Assembly (NCBI GenBank): GCA_029571225.1
Contig: JAKPTF010000011.1
Span: 1 to 60,824, forward strand
Origin: Candidatus Omnitrophota bacterium
Lineage (GTDB): Bacteria > Omnitrophota > Gorgyraeia > Gygaellales > Profunditerraquicolaceae
Direction: 5' to 3'
Length of the DNA: 60,824 nucleotides
In this document: positions 10,096 through 18,430 of the stretch, piece by piece
Layout: each line of letters begins with the position of its first letter
How positions within the stretch are numbered: position 1 is the first letter of the stretch
The notes under the pieces: generated by a model
Database searches by the model: none
What the model saw: the letters and a program-made list of their open reading frames with translations, nothing else
Told to the model about the DNA's origin: nothing
Position numbers and translations under genes: made by a program

Positions 10096-11493
10096 ATGCC
10101 CGTTACTCTGCAATTTTTAGGAGGCGTCAGGACTGTTACAGGTTCGAGCCATCTCGTCACGACCGATGCCGCCCGGGTCCTGCTAGACTGCGGCTTGTTC
10201 CAGGGCAAACGCGACGAATTCTACCGCGTCAACAACTCCTTTGCCTACAAGCCCCGTGAACTTGATGCGCTGATACTGTCCCACGCGCATATCGACCATT
10301 GCGGAAACCTCCCGAGCCTGATCAAACGGGGCTGCCGCTGCCGTATCTACTCGACCCACGCCACCAAGGACCTGTGCAAATTGATGCTCGAGGATTCAGG
10401 CAAGATCCAGGAAGAAGATATCCGGTACGTAAATAAGATCAACCGAAGGCTCGGCCTTCCCCTGCGCGAACCGCTTTATACCAAGAACGAGGCGGAAAAA
10501 GCCGGCAGGCGAAGGTTCCAGACGCTTTCTTATAATCAGAAGGCGCTGTGCGCCAAGAACGTGAGCGTCACGTTCCGGGATGCGGGCCATATACTCGGAT
10601 CGTCCATCGTTATGCTTGAAATAAAGAACGGCCCGGGAACGGTCAGGCTCGGATACGCGGTGGACCTGGGGCGCGCGAATCTTCCCATGTTGAACGACCC
10701 GGCGCTGCCCAGGGACCTTGATTATCTCATCATCGAAAGCACCTACGGCGGCAGGACCCATGCCCCGATCGAAGAGGCCAATGACAGGCTCCTTGAGGCG
10801 ATCACGCGCACCGTAGAACGAAAGGGGAAGATAATCATACCTGCGTTTACGCTCGAGCGCACCCAGGAGGTTATCTATATCCTGCATCAGCTATACCAGG
10901 AAAAGAGGCTTCCCGCAGTTCCGGTATATGTGGACAGCCCGCTCGCCTACGAAATAACCGAGGTCTTTAAATACCACTACGCATACATGAACGAGCACAC
11001 GCGGAACGCCATCGATACTGGGAATTCTCCGTTCGACCTTCCGAATTTGCATTTCATCAGGGACCAGCGCGATTCCAAGGCGCTCAATATCGACAAACGG
11101 CCCATGATCATCATAGCTGCGTCCGGCATGTGCGAATCGGGCCGCGTGCTCCATCATCTGAAGAATAACATCGAGGATTCACGCAACACGGTCCTCGTCG
11201 TAGGATATATGGCCAAAGATACGCTCGGCCGAAGAATTGTAGAACAGAACCGGTTCGTTCGCATATTCGGCGTGGAGCATGAATTGAACGCCGAGGTCGT
11301 CGTGATCAACGCGTTCTCAGGCCATGCCGACCGGAACGACCTCCTTGCGTTCGTAAAGGCATGCCTGCCGCTCAAGCGGGTGTTTCTGGTGCACGGGGAC
11401 GAAGAACAGACCTGGGCGCTGTTCGATCTGCTGTATCAGCAGGGTATCAACGCATACATGCCTCACAAAGAAGAAACCGTTGAACTGGCATGA
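10096..11493 (+). CDS. MBL-fold beta-CASP ribonuclease-like hydrolase
   Basis: 465 aa. HAHIDHCG metallo-beta-lactamase motif; later ESTYG and GHAD blocks of beta-CASP/CPSF-like proteins. Confidence 0.8.
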   Translation: MPVTLQFLGGVRTVTGSSHLVTTDAARVLLDCGLFQGKRDEFYRVNNSFAYKPRELDALILSHAHIDHCGNLPSLIKRGCRCRIYSTHATKDLCKLMLEDSGKIQEEDIRYVNKINRRLGLPLREPLYTKNEAEKAGRRRFQTLSYNQKALCAKNVSVTFRDAGHILGSSIVMLEIKNGPGTVRLGYAVDLGRANLPMLNDPALPRDLDYLIIESTYGGRTHAPIEEANDRLLEAITRTVERKGKIIIPAFTLERTQEVIYILHQLYQEKRLPAVPVYVDSPLAYEITEVFKYHYAYMNEHTRNAIDTGNSPFDLPNLHFIRDQRDSKALNIDKRPMIIIAASGMCESGRVLHHLKNNIEDSRNTVLVVGYMAKDTLGRRIVEQNRFVRIFGVEHELNAEVVVINAFSGHADRNDLLAFVKACLPLKRVFLVHGDEEQTWALFDLLYQQGINAYMPHKEETVELA

Positions 11494-11518
11494 AGCCCCG
11501 TGGCGGCGCAAGAATCCC

Positions 11519-11547
11519 TTGACCCGGCCGCCAATCCCTTGTAGAAT
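11519..11547 (+). promoter_or_regulatory. sigma70-like promoter TTGACC-17 nt-TAGAAT
   Basis: TTGACC at 11519-11524; TAGAAT at 11542-11547. About 45-nt leader with GGAGG 8 nt before the ATG at 11599. Confidence 0.5.
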
Positions 11548-11598
11548 TAGAAGGTCGAATATATATTTCATGAACGATACCATAACGGAGGAATAATA

Positions 11599-11829
11599 AT
11601 GGCAGGCGGAAAATCCACACCGAAAAAAGATAAAAAGATCAAAGTTTCAGGGGGGCAGCTAGTAAAGACCGGAGAGATACTCGCCCGCGGCGTTGACAGC
11701 TACAAGGCAGGCGCCAATGTCAAGGGCACGGGGACCTTATACGCTTTATGCCCCGGGAAAATACTTTTCAGCCGGAAAAAGTCACCCCGCGGGTCCGTGA
11801 AGACATATATAAATATCGTGCCTGCGTAA
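11599..11829 (+). CDS. rpmA: divergent ribosomal protein L27-like protein
   Basis: 76 aa. Aligns by eye to L27 (GGQLVKTGEILARG..YKAGANVKGTGTLYALCPGKILF versus [43 protein letters not shown]). It lacks the AHKK N-terminus and the RQRG signature. No rplU upstream. Confidence 0.55.
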   Translation: MAGGKSTPKKDKKIKVSGGQLVKTGEILARGVDSYKAGANVKGTGTLYALCPGKILFSRKKSPRGSVKTYINIVPA

Positions 11830-11834
11830 CACGC

Positions 11835-12983
11835 ATGGACAAAAGCTGTTTTAAGAGCCCGGAAGAGAAGGCCGGGTATTATTCCCGGATTAGATATTGC
11901 ATCAGTATCGGGGAAGCGGTTTTTTTCCTCATGTTTTGCGTTCTTTGGCACACAATGGGCGTTTCCGCCAGGCTTTCCGGAGCCATCGAGACAATGGCAT
12001 CCACGTCTAACCCCTTTGTTGCGGGCCCGGTGTTTCTGGCATGTTTTTCCCTGGTGTATTATATCCTTTCATTCCCCGCGGTATTCTACCGAAACTTCCT
12101 GCTTGAGCATCAGTTCGGTCTCTCGAACCAGAGCGTGAGGTCTTTTTTTTTCGACCAGGTAAAGGCCGGGCTTCTGGCATTTTCCCTTTCTGCAGCGGGC
12201 CTTCTTTTGTTCTATTTCCTGTACACCGCGTATCCACTCGAATGGTGGATATACCTGACAGTTTGCTGGATCGCGCTGAACACGGTCATGGCGTACCTGG
12301 TGCCTTTGGTCGTGGTTCCCATGTTTTTCAAATATACAAGGTTCCCTGAAGGGCCGCTGCGGCAACGCATATCCGGCCTTGCGCAGGCAATGGGGATCCG
12401 GCTCCTGGAAATCTATCATATCGATTTCAGCAGGCGCACCGTAAAGGCCAATGCCGGACTCATGGGGCTTGGCAACAGCAAGCGCGTGGTCCTTTCCGAT
12501 ACCGTACAAAAATCATTTACCGACGAAGAGATTGCGGCTATTGTCGCGCATGAGTTCGCGCACAGCAGGAACCGGCATATGCCCAAGCTGATGCTCGCGT
12601 CTTCTGTGTTCGCCGCATTACTATTCTATGCCGCTTTCCGTGTGTCCCCTGCCGCGCTTTCGTGGGTGCGTGTCCGGTCCTGGACAGATCCGGCGGCCAT
12701 TCCCGTCATTCTTTGCTCGGTCTTCTTGGCCGAAGCGATTGTCCAGCCCCTGATTAACGCCCTATCCAGGCGGTTCGAGTCTGAGGCGGACACGGCTGCG
12801 ATACAGGCGACTGGTTCGGCGGACTCGTTCATAACGGCAATGGAGAAGCTAGCTGCCCGGAATCTATCGGACCCTAAACCTCCGGCCCTGCTGGTCTGGC
12901 TTTTTTATTCCCATCCGCCCGTATCAGAGCGCATTGCACGAGCTCGTGCGTGGCAGGGAATGCCAGGCCGGCATGTATTGTGA
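11835..12983 (+). CDS. M48 family (Ste24/HtpX-like) zinc metallopeptidase, multi-pass membrane
   Basis: HEFAH zinc motif with downstream ESEAD; hydrophobic N-terminal half. Start taken at the ATG at 11835 (MDKSCF), because the track's start overlaps the L27-like gene. Confidence 0.8.
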   Translation: MDKSCFKSPEEKAGYYSRIRYCISIGEAVFFLMFCVLWHTMGVSARLSGAIETMASTSNPFVAGPVFLACFSLVYYILSFPAVFYRNFLLEHQFGLSNQSVRSFFFDQVKAGLLAFSLSAAGLLLFYFLYTAYPLEWWIYLTVCWIALNTVMAYLVPLVVVPMFFKYTRFPEGPLRQRISGLAQAMGIRLLEIYHIDFSRRTVKANAGLMGLGNSKRVVLSDTVQKSFTDEEIAAIVAHEFAHSRNRHMPKLMLASSVFAALLFYAAFRVSPAALSWVRVRSWTDPAAIPVILCSVFLAEAIVQPLINALSRRFESEADTAAIQATGSADSFITAMEKLAARNLSDPKPPALLVWLFYSHPPVSERIARARAWQGMPGRHVL

Positions 12984-13006
12984 AAATGTCTGTTCAGAGG
13001 TATAAT
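12978..13006 (+). promoter_or_regulatory. sigma70-like promoter TTGTGA-17 nt-TATAAT
   Basis: TTGTGA at 12978-12983 (overlapping the upstream stop); TATAAT at 13001-13006; 32 nt before the ATG at 13039. Confidence 0.4.
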
Positions 13007-13038
13007 AACTGCATCAACGCATCCATAAGGCAGGCGAT

Positions 13039-14982
13039 ATGAGCAATGAGCCCGGCAATATGCCCGTTAGGGAGCAGGAATTGCAGGATTTTCTGAAGTC
13101 ATTCCGCATTGCGCTCAATTTCATCTCCTTATATCACAAGAGCCATAAGTCGTTCGTTGCCTCTATTACGGAATTGAAATCCCAGCTTGACGGTCTTCTC
13201 GCGCATTCTCCCTCGCTGACCATCATGTTCTCCCCCGAGGCGCTTTCAATTGAAGGGATAGTTTTCGCAAAGAAACAGGTCTATTTAGACCTTGCCAAAC
13301 AGTTCCATTTCCGCAAGGTCAAATCGCTGCAGCTGCTTCCCGGGGTCTCTATCCAGGAATTGATCGATGTCATGGAACTGGCGTCTTTGCCGGTCAAAGA
13401 CCTTCTGGCCAAGGGAGGCATGCAGTATCTTTTGACTAAGGCGCATGCCGTCAACACCCGCGTCGAGGAGCTCGATTACTCGCTTCTGCTCGGCACCGAG
13501 GGCGGGCTTGAGGCGGACATAGGTGCTTACCTGTTGAACCAGAACATGCAGAACAGGGACCCGGAAAAGATCAGGGAGTTCGCGCTTCATTTCGATTCCG
13601 TCATAGCCAATATGAGCCTTAAGAATATCGTAGAAGACCCACAGTTGAGCGTGAACATCAGGAATTTCCTTGCGTATCTGCGCACGAGCGATGAGGCTGC
13701 CTTCCGCCGGTGCGTCCAATCCCTGTTCCGCATGATCCTCAAAGACAAAGCCCCGGCTACGAAAGAGCAGATGGCCTCGTTTGCGGACTGCGTCGCATCC
13801 CTGAGCCCCGAGGCGATCGCGGAGATTATAGTAGATGAAGCATCCCGCAACGAGGAGTTCAATAACGATAATCTATTTCTATTCCTGCAGTCGCGGGGCG
13901 ACGGACCGGAGGGAGTGCCTTCGTCCCTGGCCCGTAGCATCACATCGCGGGCCCCCTCCAGACGTTTATCCCCAAAGGCGTCCCAAAAGCTCAAGGACCT
14001 GTTCACACTCTCCGATTCAAAGGTGGTTTCCGGGGTATACAGCAAAGTTATGGCAGCGCTTTCCGCAGCGGCGCCTGCGGAGGCGTCGGTCAGGTTCGAC
14101 CGTGACAGCTCGCAGCGGAATTACCGCTCGATCCTTCTGTTCTGCCTGGGTTTCGAACAGGACGAAGAGCGGCTCGATGTCATCGCGCAGAAGATAAGTT
14201 CAGAATGGCATAATTTCCTGAAAGAGCCGGTTTGGGAACATTTCAAGGCCCTGGACGCTGCTTTATCGGCCCACCGTGCAAAAATGTCCCGAATACATCC
14301 GCTGTCGGAGCTCGATGTGTCATTCCGCCGTTATGTCGAGGACGCAGCGTTCCAGAACGCGCCACCGCCGTGGCTGGCGGATCTGATCGATAATCTGCAG
14401 GAGAGCACGCGGGACGCGCACTGGTATCTTGAGAAGATGTTTGCATCCGGCAGTGTGAGCAAACGGGGGCTGTTATTGTTTCTCCGGTTGTTCCCACAGC
14501 ATCTGGACCGGTTCTGCGCGGATCTTGCGCAATATGCCGGAGACATAGACCTTATTGGGTCGGTTATCGAAGTGGTGAAAGAGACTAATCCGCCGGGAAT
14601 GTCGCGTATCCTCGAGGACATCTATGGATTTTCCAATGATCTTATCAAGATTGAGGCGCTTAAGGCCATGGCAGTCATGCCCGAGCCAGATGAGATGTTC
14701 CTCATGCCGATTCTGTCACAGGACAACATGCTTTTGCGCAAAGAGGCCGCGGCTGCCCTGGGTTCGAGCCCGGGGGCGCGCCGAAAGGCTGCGGAAATCC
14801 TTTTAAGCGATGACGATATATGGGGCCGCAGGAATTCCTTTATCGAAGAGAACATCGGCATCGTACAGGAACTGCACTTCGGCGAGTCGGTTCCCTATCT
14901 CGAGAAGCTCGCCCGCAAACCGTTCTTCTGGAACTCTGCCGTGCGTCGCCGCGCGCAGGCAGCCCTTGAGGTGCTTTCATGA
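13039..14982 (+). CDS. hypothetical all-alpha protein; its N-terminal domain is paralogous to that of the downstream HD-GYP protein; C-terminal HEAT-like repeats
   Basis: 647 aa. N-terminus (FR..L...SLY.K.H..F ... RKVKSL ... E....E...LP) parallels residues 8-110 of the next ORF. C-terminus has LRKEAAAALG and VRRRAQAALEVL HEAT-like helices. ATGA overlap with the next gene. Confidence 0.6.
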   Translation: MSNEPGNMPVREQELQDFLKSFRIALNFISLYHKSHKSFVASITELKSQLDGLLAHSPSLTIMFSPEALSIEGIVFAKKQVYLDLAKQFHFRKVKSLQLLPGVSIQELIDVMELASLPVKDLLAKGGMQYLLTKAHAVNTRVEELDYSLLLGTEGGLEADIGAYLLNQNMQNRDPEKIREFALHFDSVIANMSLKNIVEDPQLSVNIRNFLAYLRTSDEAAFRRCVQSLFRMILKDKAPATKEQMASFADCVASLSPEAIAEIIVDEASRNEEFNNDNLFLFLQSRGDGPEGVPSSLARSITSRAPSRRLSPKASQKLKDLFTLSDSKVVSGVYSKVMAALSAAAPAEASVRFDRDSSQRNYRSILLFCLGFEQDEERLDVIAQKISSEWHNFLKEPVWEHFKALDAALSAHRAKMSRIHPLSELDVSFRRYVEDAAFQNAPPPWLADLIDNLQESTRDAHWYLEKMFASGSVSKRGLLLFLRLFPQHLDRFCADLAQYAGDIDLIGSVIEVVKETNPPGMSRILEDIYGFSNDLIKIEALKAMAVMPEPDEMFLMPILSQDNMLLRKEAAAALGSSPGARRKAAEILLSDDDIWGRRNSFIEENIGIVQELHFGESVPYLEKLARKPFFWNSAVRRRAQAALEVLS

Positions 14983-16328
14983 TCAAGAACGTAGAATCAG
15001 CGTTCCGTAGCATAATTTCGACTTTGCAGGTCGCAACACTCTACGGCACGAATCACGCGAAGTTCGAAAAATATCTCGATCAGGCATACCGGGATCTGCG
15101 GCTGGCGACCGATGAATCAGGAGACATCGTCATCGGTATCGTAGGGGACGAGATCGCCTGGGGCAAGGAGATATTGTTCGACTTGAGCAAGACGCTTAAG
15201 TCCATGATCCTCTATCTGAAGTCACGGCATGTCGAGCGCGTCAATTTTGGCCGCGATGCCACGAAAGAAGAGATGAGGCGTTTTATAGAATTCCTGCTTC
15301 TTCCAAAGGACCGGATCCCAGAAGATCCGCAACAGTACCTTTCCGACCACGGGGTGCGCAATATTTCCGTAGGCAGGATCACGGTCGCCCTGGCGACGGG
15401 CGATCAATCCCTTGTCAAGAGCGCTCTCGACGCGGTCGATTATCTGTCCGTGTACGAGAGTTCCCTCGACAACGTCTCGCAGTCCATCGACAGCATCCTG
15501 GGCAACAGGGAAATGGACCCTGCCGCCCTGCGGCTGGGCGTTTCAAATATTATGGAATCGCTGGGAAGCCGGTATCAGGACCTTCTGAAGTTGACGACCG
15601 TCAAACGTTACGACATGACGACATTCGTGCATATTATGAACGTCTCGATCCTTGCCATGTATTTCGCGTCACGGCTATCCTTTAGCAGAGATGATATCCT
15701 TGACATAGGCACCGCAGCGCTTTTCCATGACATCGGAAAGTTATACATATCGCGTTCTATCATACGCAAGGAAGGCAAGCTCACGGACGAGGAGTTCGCC
15801 CGCATTAAGAGCCACAGCGTTCTGGGCGCAGAGATCCTTTTGAAATACACTCCCACGCTGGGGATACTGCCCGTAGTTGTCTGTTTCGAGCACCATCTTA
15901 AATACGACCTGTCCGGGTATCCGCGGCTGCCGTTCCGCCATGAACAGCACGTCGCATCCATGATCGTGGCTATCTGCGACGTTTATGACGCGCTTCTGGC
16001 GCGTCGCAGCTATAAGGCAAGTTACGCGCCCATGGTCATACACGATATCATGACCGGGGACCGGGGGAAGGGATTCGAACCCGGGCTTCTGGACCGGTTC
16101 TTCCAGTACATGGGGGTGTGGCCGGTCGGGACGCTGGTATCATTGAGCGACGGCCGGGTAGCGGTTGTCCGGCAGGCAAATGAGGATGAGATATTTCTAC
16201 CTACCGTCGAGGTGTTGTATCCTGAAAAGGGACAGGAGATAGATCTTCGTTCGACGCAGGGCAGCGTTTCGATTGCGCAATTCCTTGATCCAGTGCACGA
16301 AGGAAAGGCTTATCTGCCGCTGGTCTGA
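14979..16328 (+). CDS. HD-GYP domain protein (predicted c-di-GMP phosphodiesterase)
   Basis: ALFHDIGK and HHLKYDLSGYP motifs in the C-terminal half. N-terminal non-catalytic domain is shared with the upstream ORF. Confidence 0.85.
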   Translation: MIKNVESAFRSIISTLQVATLYGTNHAKFEKYLDQAYRDLRLATDESGDIVIGIVGDEIAWGKEILFDLSKTLKSMILYLKSRHVERVNFGRDATKEEMRRFIEFLLLPKDRIPEDPQQYLSDHGVRNISVGRITVALATGDQSLVKSALDAVDYLSVYESSLDNVSQSIDSILGNREMDPAALRLGVSNIMESLGSRYQDLLKLTTVKRYDMTTFVHIMNVSILAMYFASRLSFSRDDILDIGTAALFHDIGKLYISRSIIRKEGKLTDEEFARIKSHSVLGAEILLKYTPTLGILPVVVCFEHHLKYDLSGYPRLPFRHEQHVASMIVAICDVYDALLARRSYKASYAPMVIHDIMTGDRGKGFEPGLLDRFFQYMGVWPVGTLVSLSDGRVAVVRQANEDEIFLPTVEVLYPEKGQEIDLRSTQGSVSIAQFLDPVHEGKAYLPLV

Positions 16329-17467
16329 CGCAAAGCGTCGATGACCGCCTGCGCAGCCCGCGCAGCCGCGCCCGGCTGGCCGAGCGCCGCCTTCACAAGG
16401 GCCAGCTCACTGCGCAAAGAAGAGAGTTTTTCGGTATCCGCAAGGACCGCGGCGCAATAAGACGCGATCCGGGGAGCCGTGGCATCGAACTGAATAAATT
16501 CTTCCGCAATTTTTTTGCCCGCCACTACGTTCACCAGCCCGATATACGGTATCCTGATCAAAATCCGCATATAAAGCCAGGTCAGAAAATTGACCTTATA
16601 AAGGACGATCATCGGCGTGCCGAGTATTGCCGTTTCCAGCGTAGCCGTGCCTGAACAGACTATGCAGAAATCGCTTGCCGCGATCCCGTCGTAGGTGCAG
16701 TTATCGATAATGACTGCCTGAACTCCCGATGAGGCCACGAGGTCTTTGATTAAAACAAGGGGTACGCTTGGAGCGGCAAGGACGAGGAACTGTGTGGGAC
16801 GATTGCATGTTTTGGCGATTAGCTCAGCCGCCTTCAGCATTACCGGCAGGAGGGACTCGATCTCCGCGCGGCGGGAACCCGGCAGCAGGCTGACGGTCAG
16901 GCGCGCGGCGTCGAGGCCATGGCTGCGCCTGAATTCTTCAACTGGCATGCCGGACCTCACATGGTCAAGGCATGGGTGCCCGACGAATGATACAGCCACG
17001 CCATGTTGCCGGTAAAGGGCCTCTTCAAACGGGAAGAAGACGATCATGCGGCTTACCGTTTCCCTGATGTTCCGGATGCGGCCTTTGCCCCAGGCCCATA
17101 TCTGCGGACTTATGTAATATATTACGGGAATACCGCGTTTCTTGAGGTCCCCGGCCAGCCGCAGGTTGAATCCCGGGTAATCGACGAGAATCGCCGCGTC
17201 CGGCCTGTCCGCATCTATGTCCGCGAGCAACCGCCTGTAGATGCGGCGGATCGTTCCAAGGTGCCTGAAAACCTCGAAAAAACCTATGACTGCCAGCGAT
17301 ACGATGTCTTCCCGCACGTCTACGCCTTCATTCCTCATGCGTTCGCCGCCAATGCCCCTGAAGTAAAACGGGCCGCCGAGGCGGCGCATCTCTTTCACAA
17401 GGTTTGCCGCATGCTGGTCCCCGGAAGCTTCTCCGGCAACGATCAGGATCTTCTGGGGTTTTTCCAT
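16310..17467 (-). CDS. lpxB: lipid-A-disaccharide synthase
   Basis: 385 aa. N-terminal KILIVAGEASGDQHAANL; typical LpxB length and layout. Its 3' end overlaps the convergent HD-GYP gene by 19 nt. Confidence 0.9.
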   Translation of the reverse strand: MEKPQKILIVAGEASGDQHAANLVKEMRRLGGPFYFRGIGGERMRNEGVDVREDIVSLAVIGFFEVFRHLGTIRRIYRRLLADIDADRPDAAILVDYPGFNLRLAGDLKKRGIPVIYYISPQIWAWGKGRIRNIRETVSRMIVFFPFEEALYRQHGVAVSFVGHPCLDHVRSGMPVEEFRRSHGLDAARLTVSLLPGSRRAEIESLLPVMLKAAELIAKTCNRPTQFLVLAAPSVPLVLIKDLVASSGVQAVIIDNCTYDGIAASDFCIVCSGTATLETAILGTPMIVLYKVNFLTWLYMRILIRIPYIGLVNVVAGKKIAEEFIQFDATAPRIASYCAAVLADTEKLSSLRSELALVKAALGQPGAAARAAQAVIDALRQTSGR

Positions 17468-18372
17468 ATCAGATCACGGATCTGCAATGCAACGCGCAGG
17501 GCCTGGCGGGCCACCGGGCCCGACACGAGAGGTTCACTGCGACGCGCGACGCAGTCTATAAAAGAGGAGAGCTCTTTTTGCAGCGGCTGTTCTTTCTCTA
17601 TAGGCAGGTTCTCTTTTGAGATTCCCTGAGATGATCTTTGGTACAGGGAGGCTTGTTCGTTCTTGTAATCCAGGGAGATGTACGCGTCTTTTAGGAAGAT
17701 GCGTATTTTGCGCATCACTTCGTCGGATATCCGGGAAGCTGTGAGATTGCATACGCATCCGTTTTTGAAGGTTATGCGCGCGTTGGCGATGTCCTCATAC
17801 GGAGTCAACACGTTAACCCCAACCGCTTCAATGCGTTTTATTTCTGATCCCACAAGGCCAAGCACTATATCGATATCATGTATCATCAGGTCCAGAACGA
17901 CTCCCACATCAAGAGAGCGGTGAGGAAACAGGCTCAGCCTGTGGCATTCGATAAAATAAGGGTTCTTGAAGAATTTCTGGCAGGCGCTGAAGGCGGAATT
18001 GAAGCGTTCGACATGGCCGACCTGGAGCACCCGGCCATTTTTTTGCGCTATCCTGATCAGGGAATCAGCTTGAGATAAGCGCTCGGTAAAAGGTTTCTCT
18101 ACGAGAACGTCCAGGCCGTGCTCAAGGCACGCTTTGGCTATACTGAAATGGAGGCTGGTCGGCACAGCGATGCTGACGCAGTCGACTGTGCCGTAAATCC
18201 GGCGGAAATCAGCGTATCCGGACACCCCAAGAGAACGGGAGATCTCCTGAAGCCGCGCAGGGTTGGTGTCGCAAACCGCTTCAAGGGAACAGTTTTGGTT
18301 TTGTTTGTAAATCCTTGCATGTAGGCTGCCCAGGTATCCGGTACCGATCACCGCGACTTTTATCTTTGGCAT
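17443..18372 (-). CDS. Gfo/Idh/MocA family NAD-dependent oxidoreductase
   Basis: KVAVIGTGYLGSLHARIY Rossmann start; EKP motif (VLVEKPFT). Start taken at MPKIKV (ATG at 18372). Overlaps the lpxB start by 25 nt. Confidence 0.8.
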   Translation of the reverse strand: MPKIKVAVIGTGYLGSLHARIYKQNQNCSLEAVCDTNPARLQEISRSLGVSGYADFRRIYGTVDCVSIAVPTSLHFSIAKACLEHGLDVLVEKPFTERLSQADSLIRIAQKNGRVLQVGHVERFNSAFSACQKFFKNPYFIECHRLSLFPHRSLDVGVVLDLMIHDIDIVLGLVGSEIKRIEAVGVNVLTPYEDIANARITFKNGCVCNLTASRISDEVMRKIRIFLKDAYISLDYKNEQASLYQRSSQGISKENLPIEKEQPLQKELSSFIDCVARRSEPLVSGPVARQALRVALQIRDLIWKNPRRS

Positions 18373-18430
18373 GATTCGATGATAGCAAATGGCTCGACAA
18401 AAGTCAATATATATGATACCATAATGGGCT

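Noticed and set aside
18394-18425. Divergent promoter between the oxidoreductase-lpxB operon and msbA (TCGACA-17 nt-TACCAT, or CATAAT at 18420-18425).
   Set aside because: Several overlapping hexamer choices are possible in this AT-rich 58-nt gap and none is close to consensus on both boxes. I did not list it as a feature, and mention it only as a possible second leaderless case.
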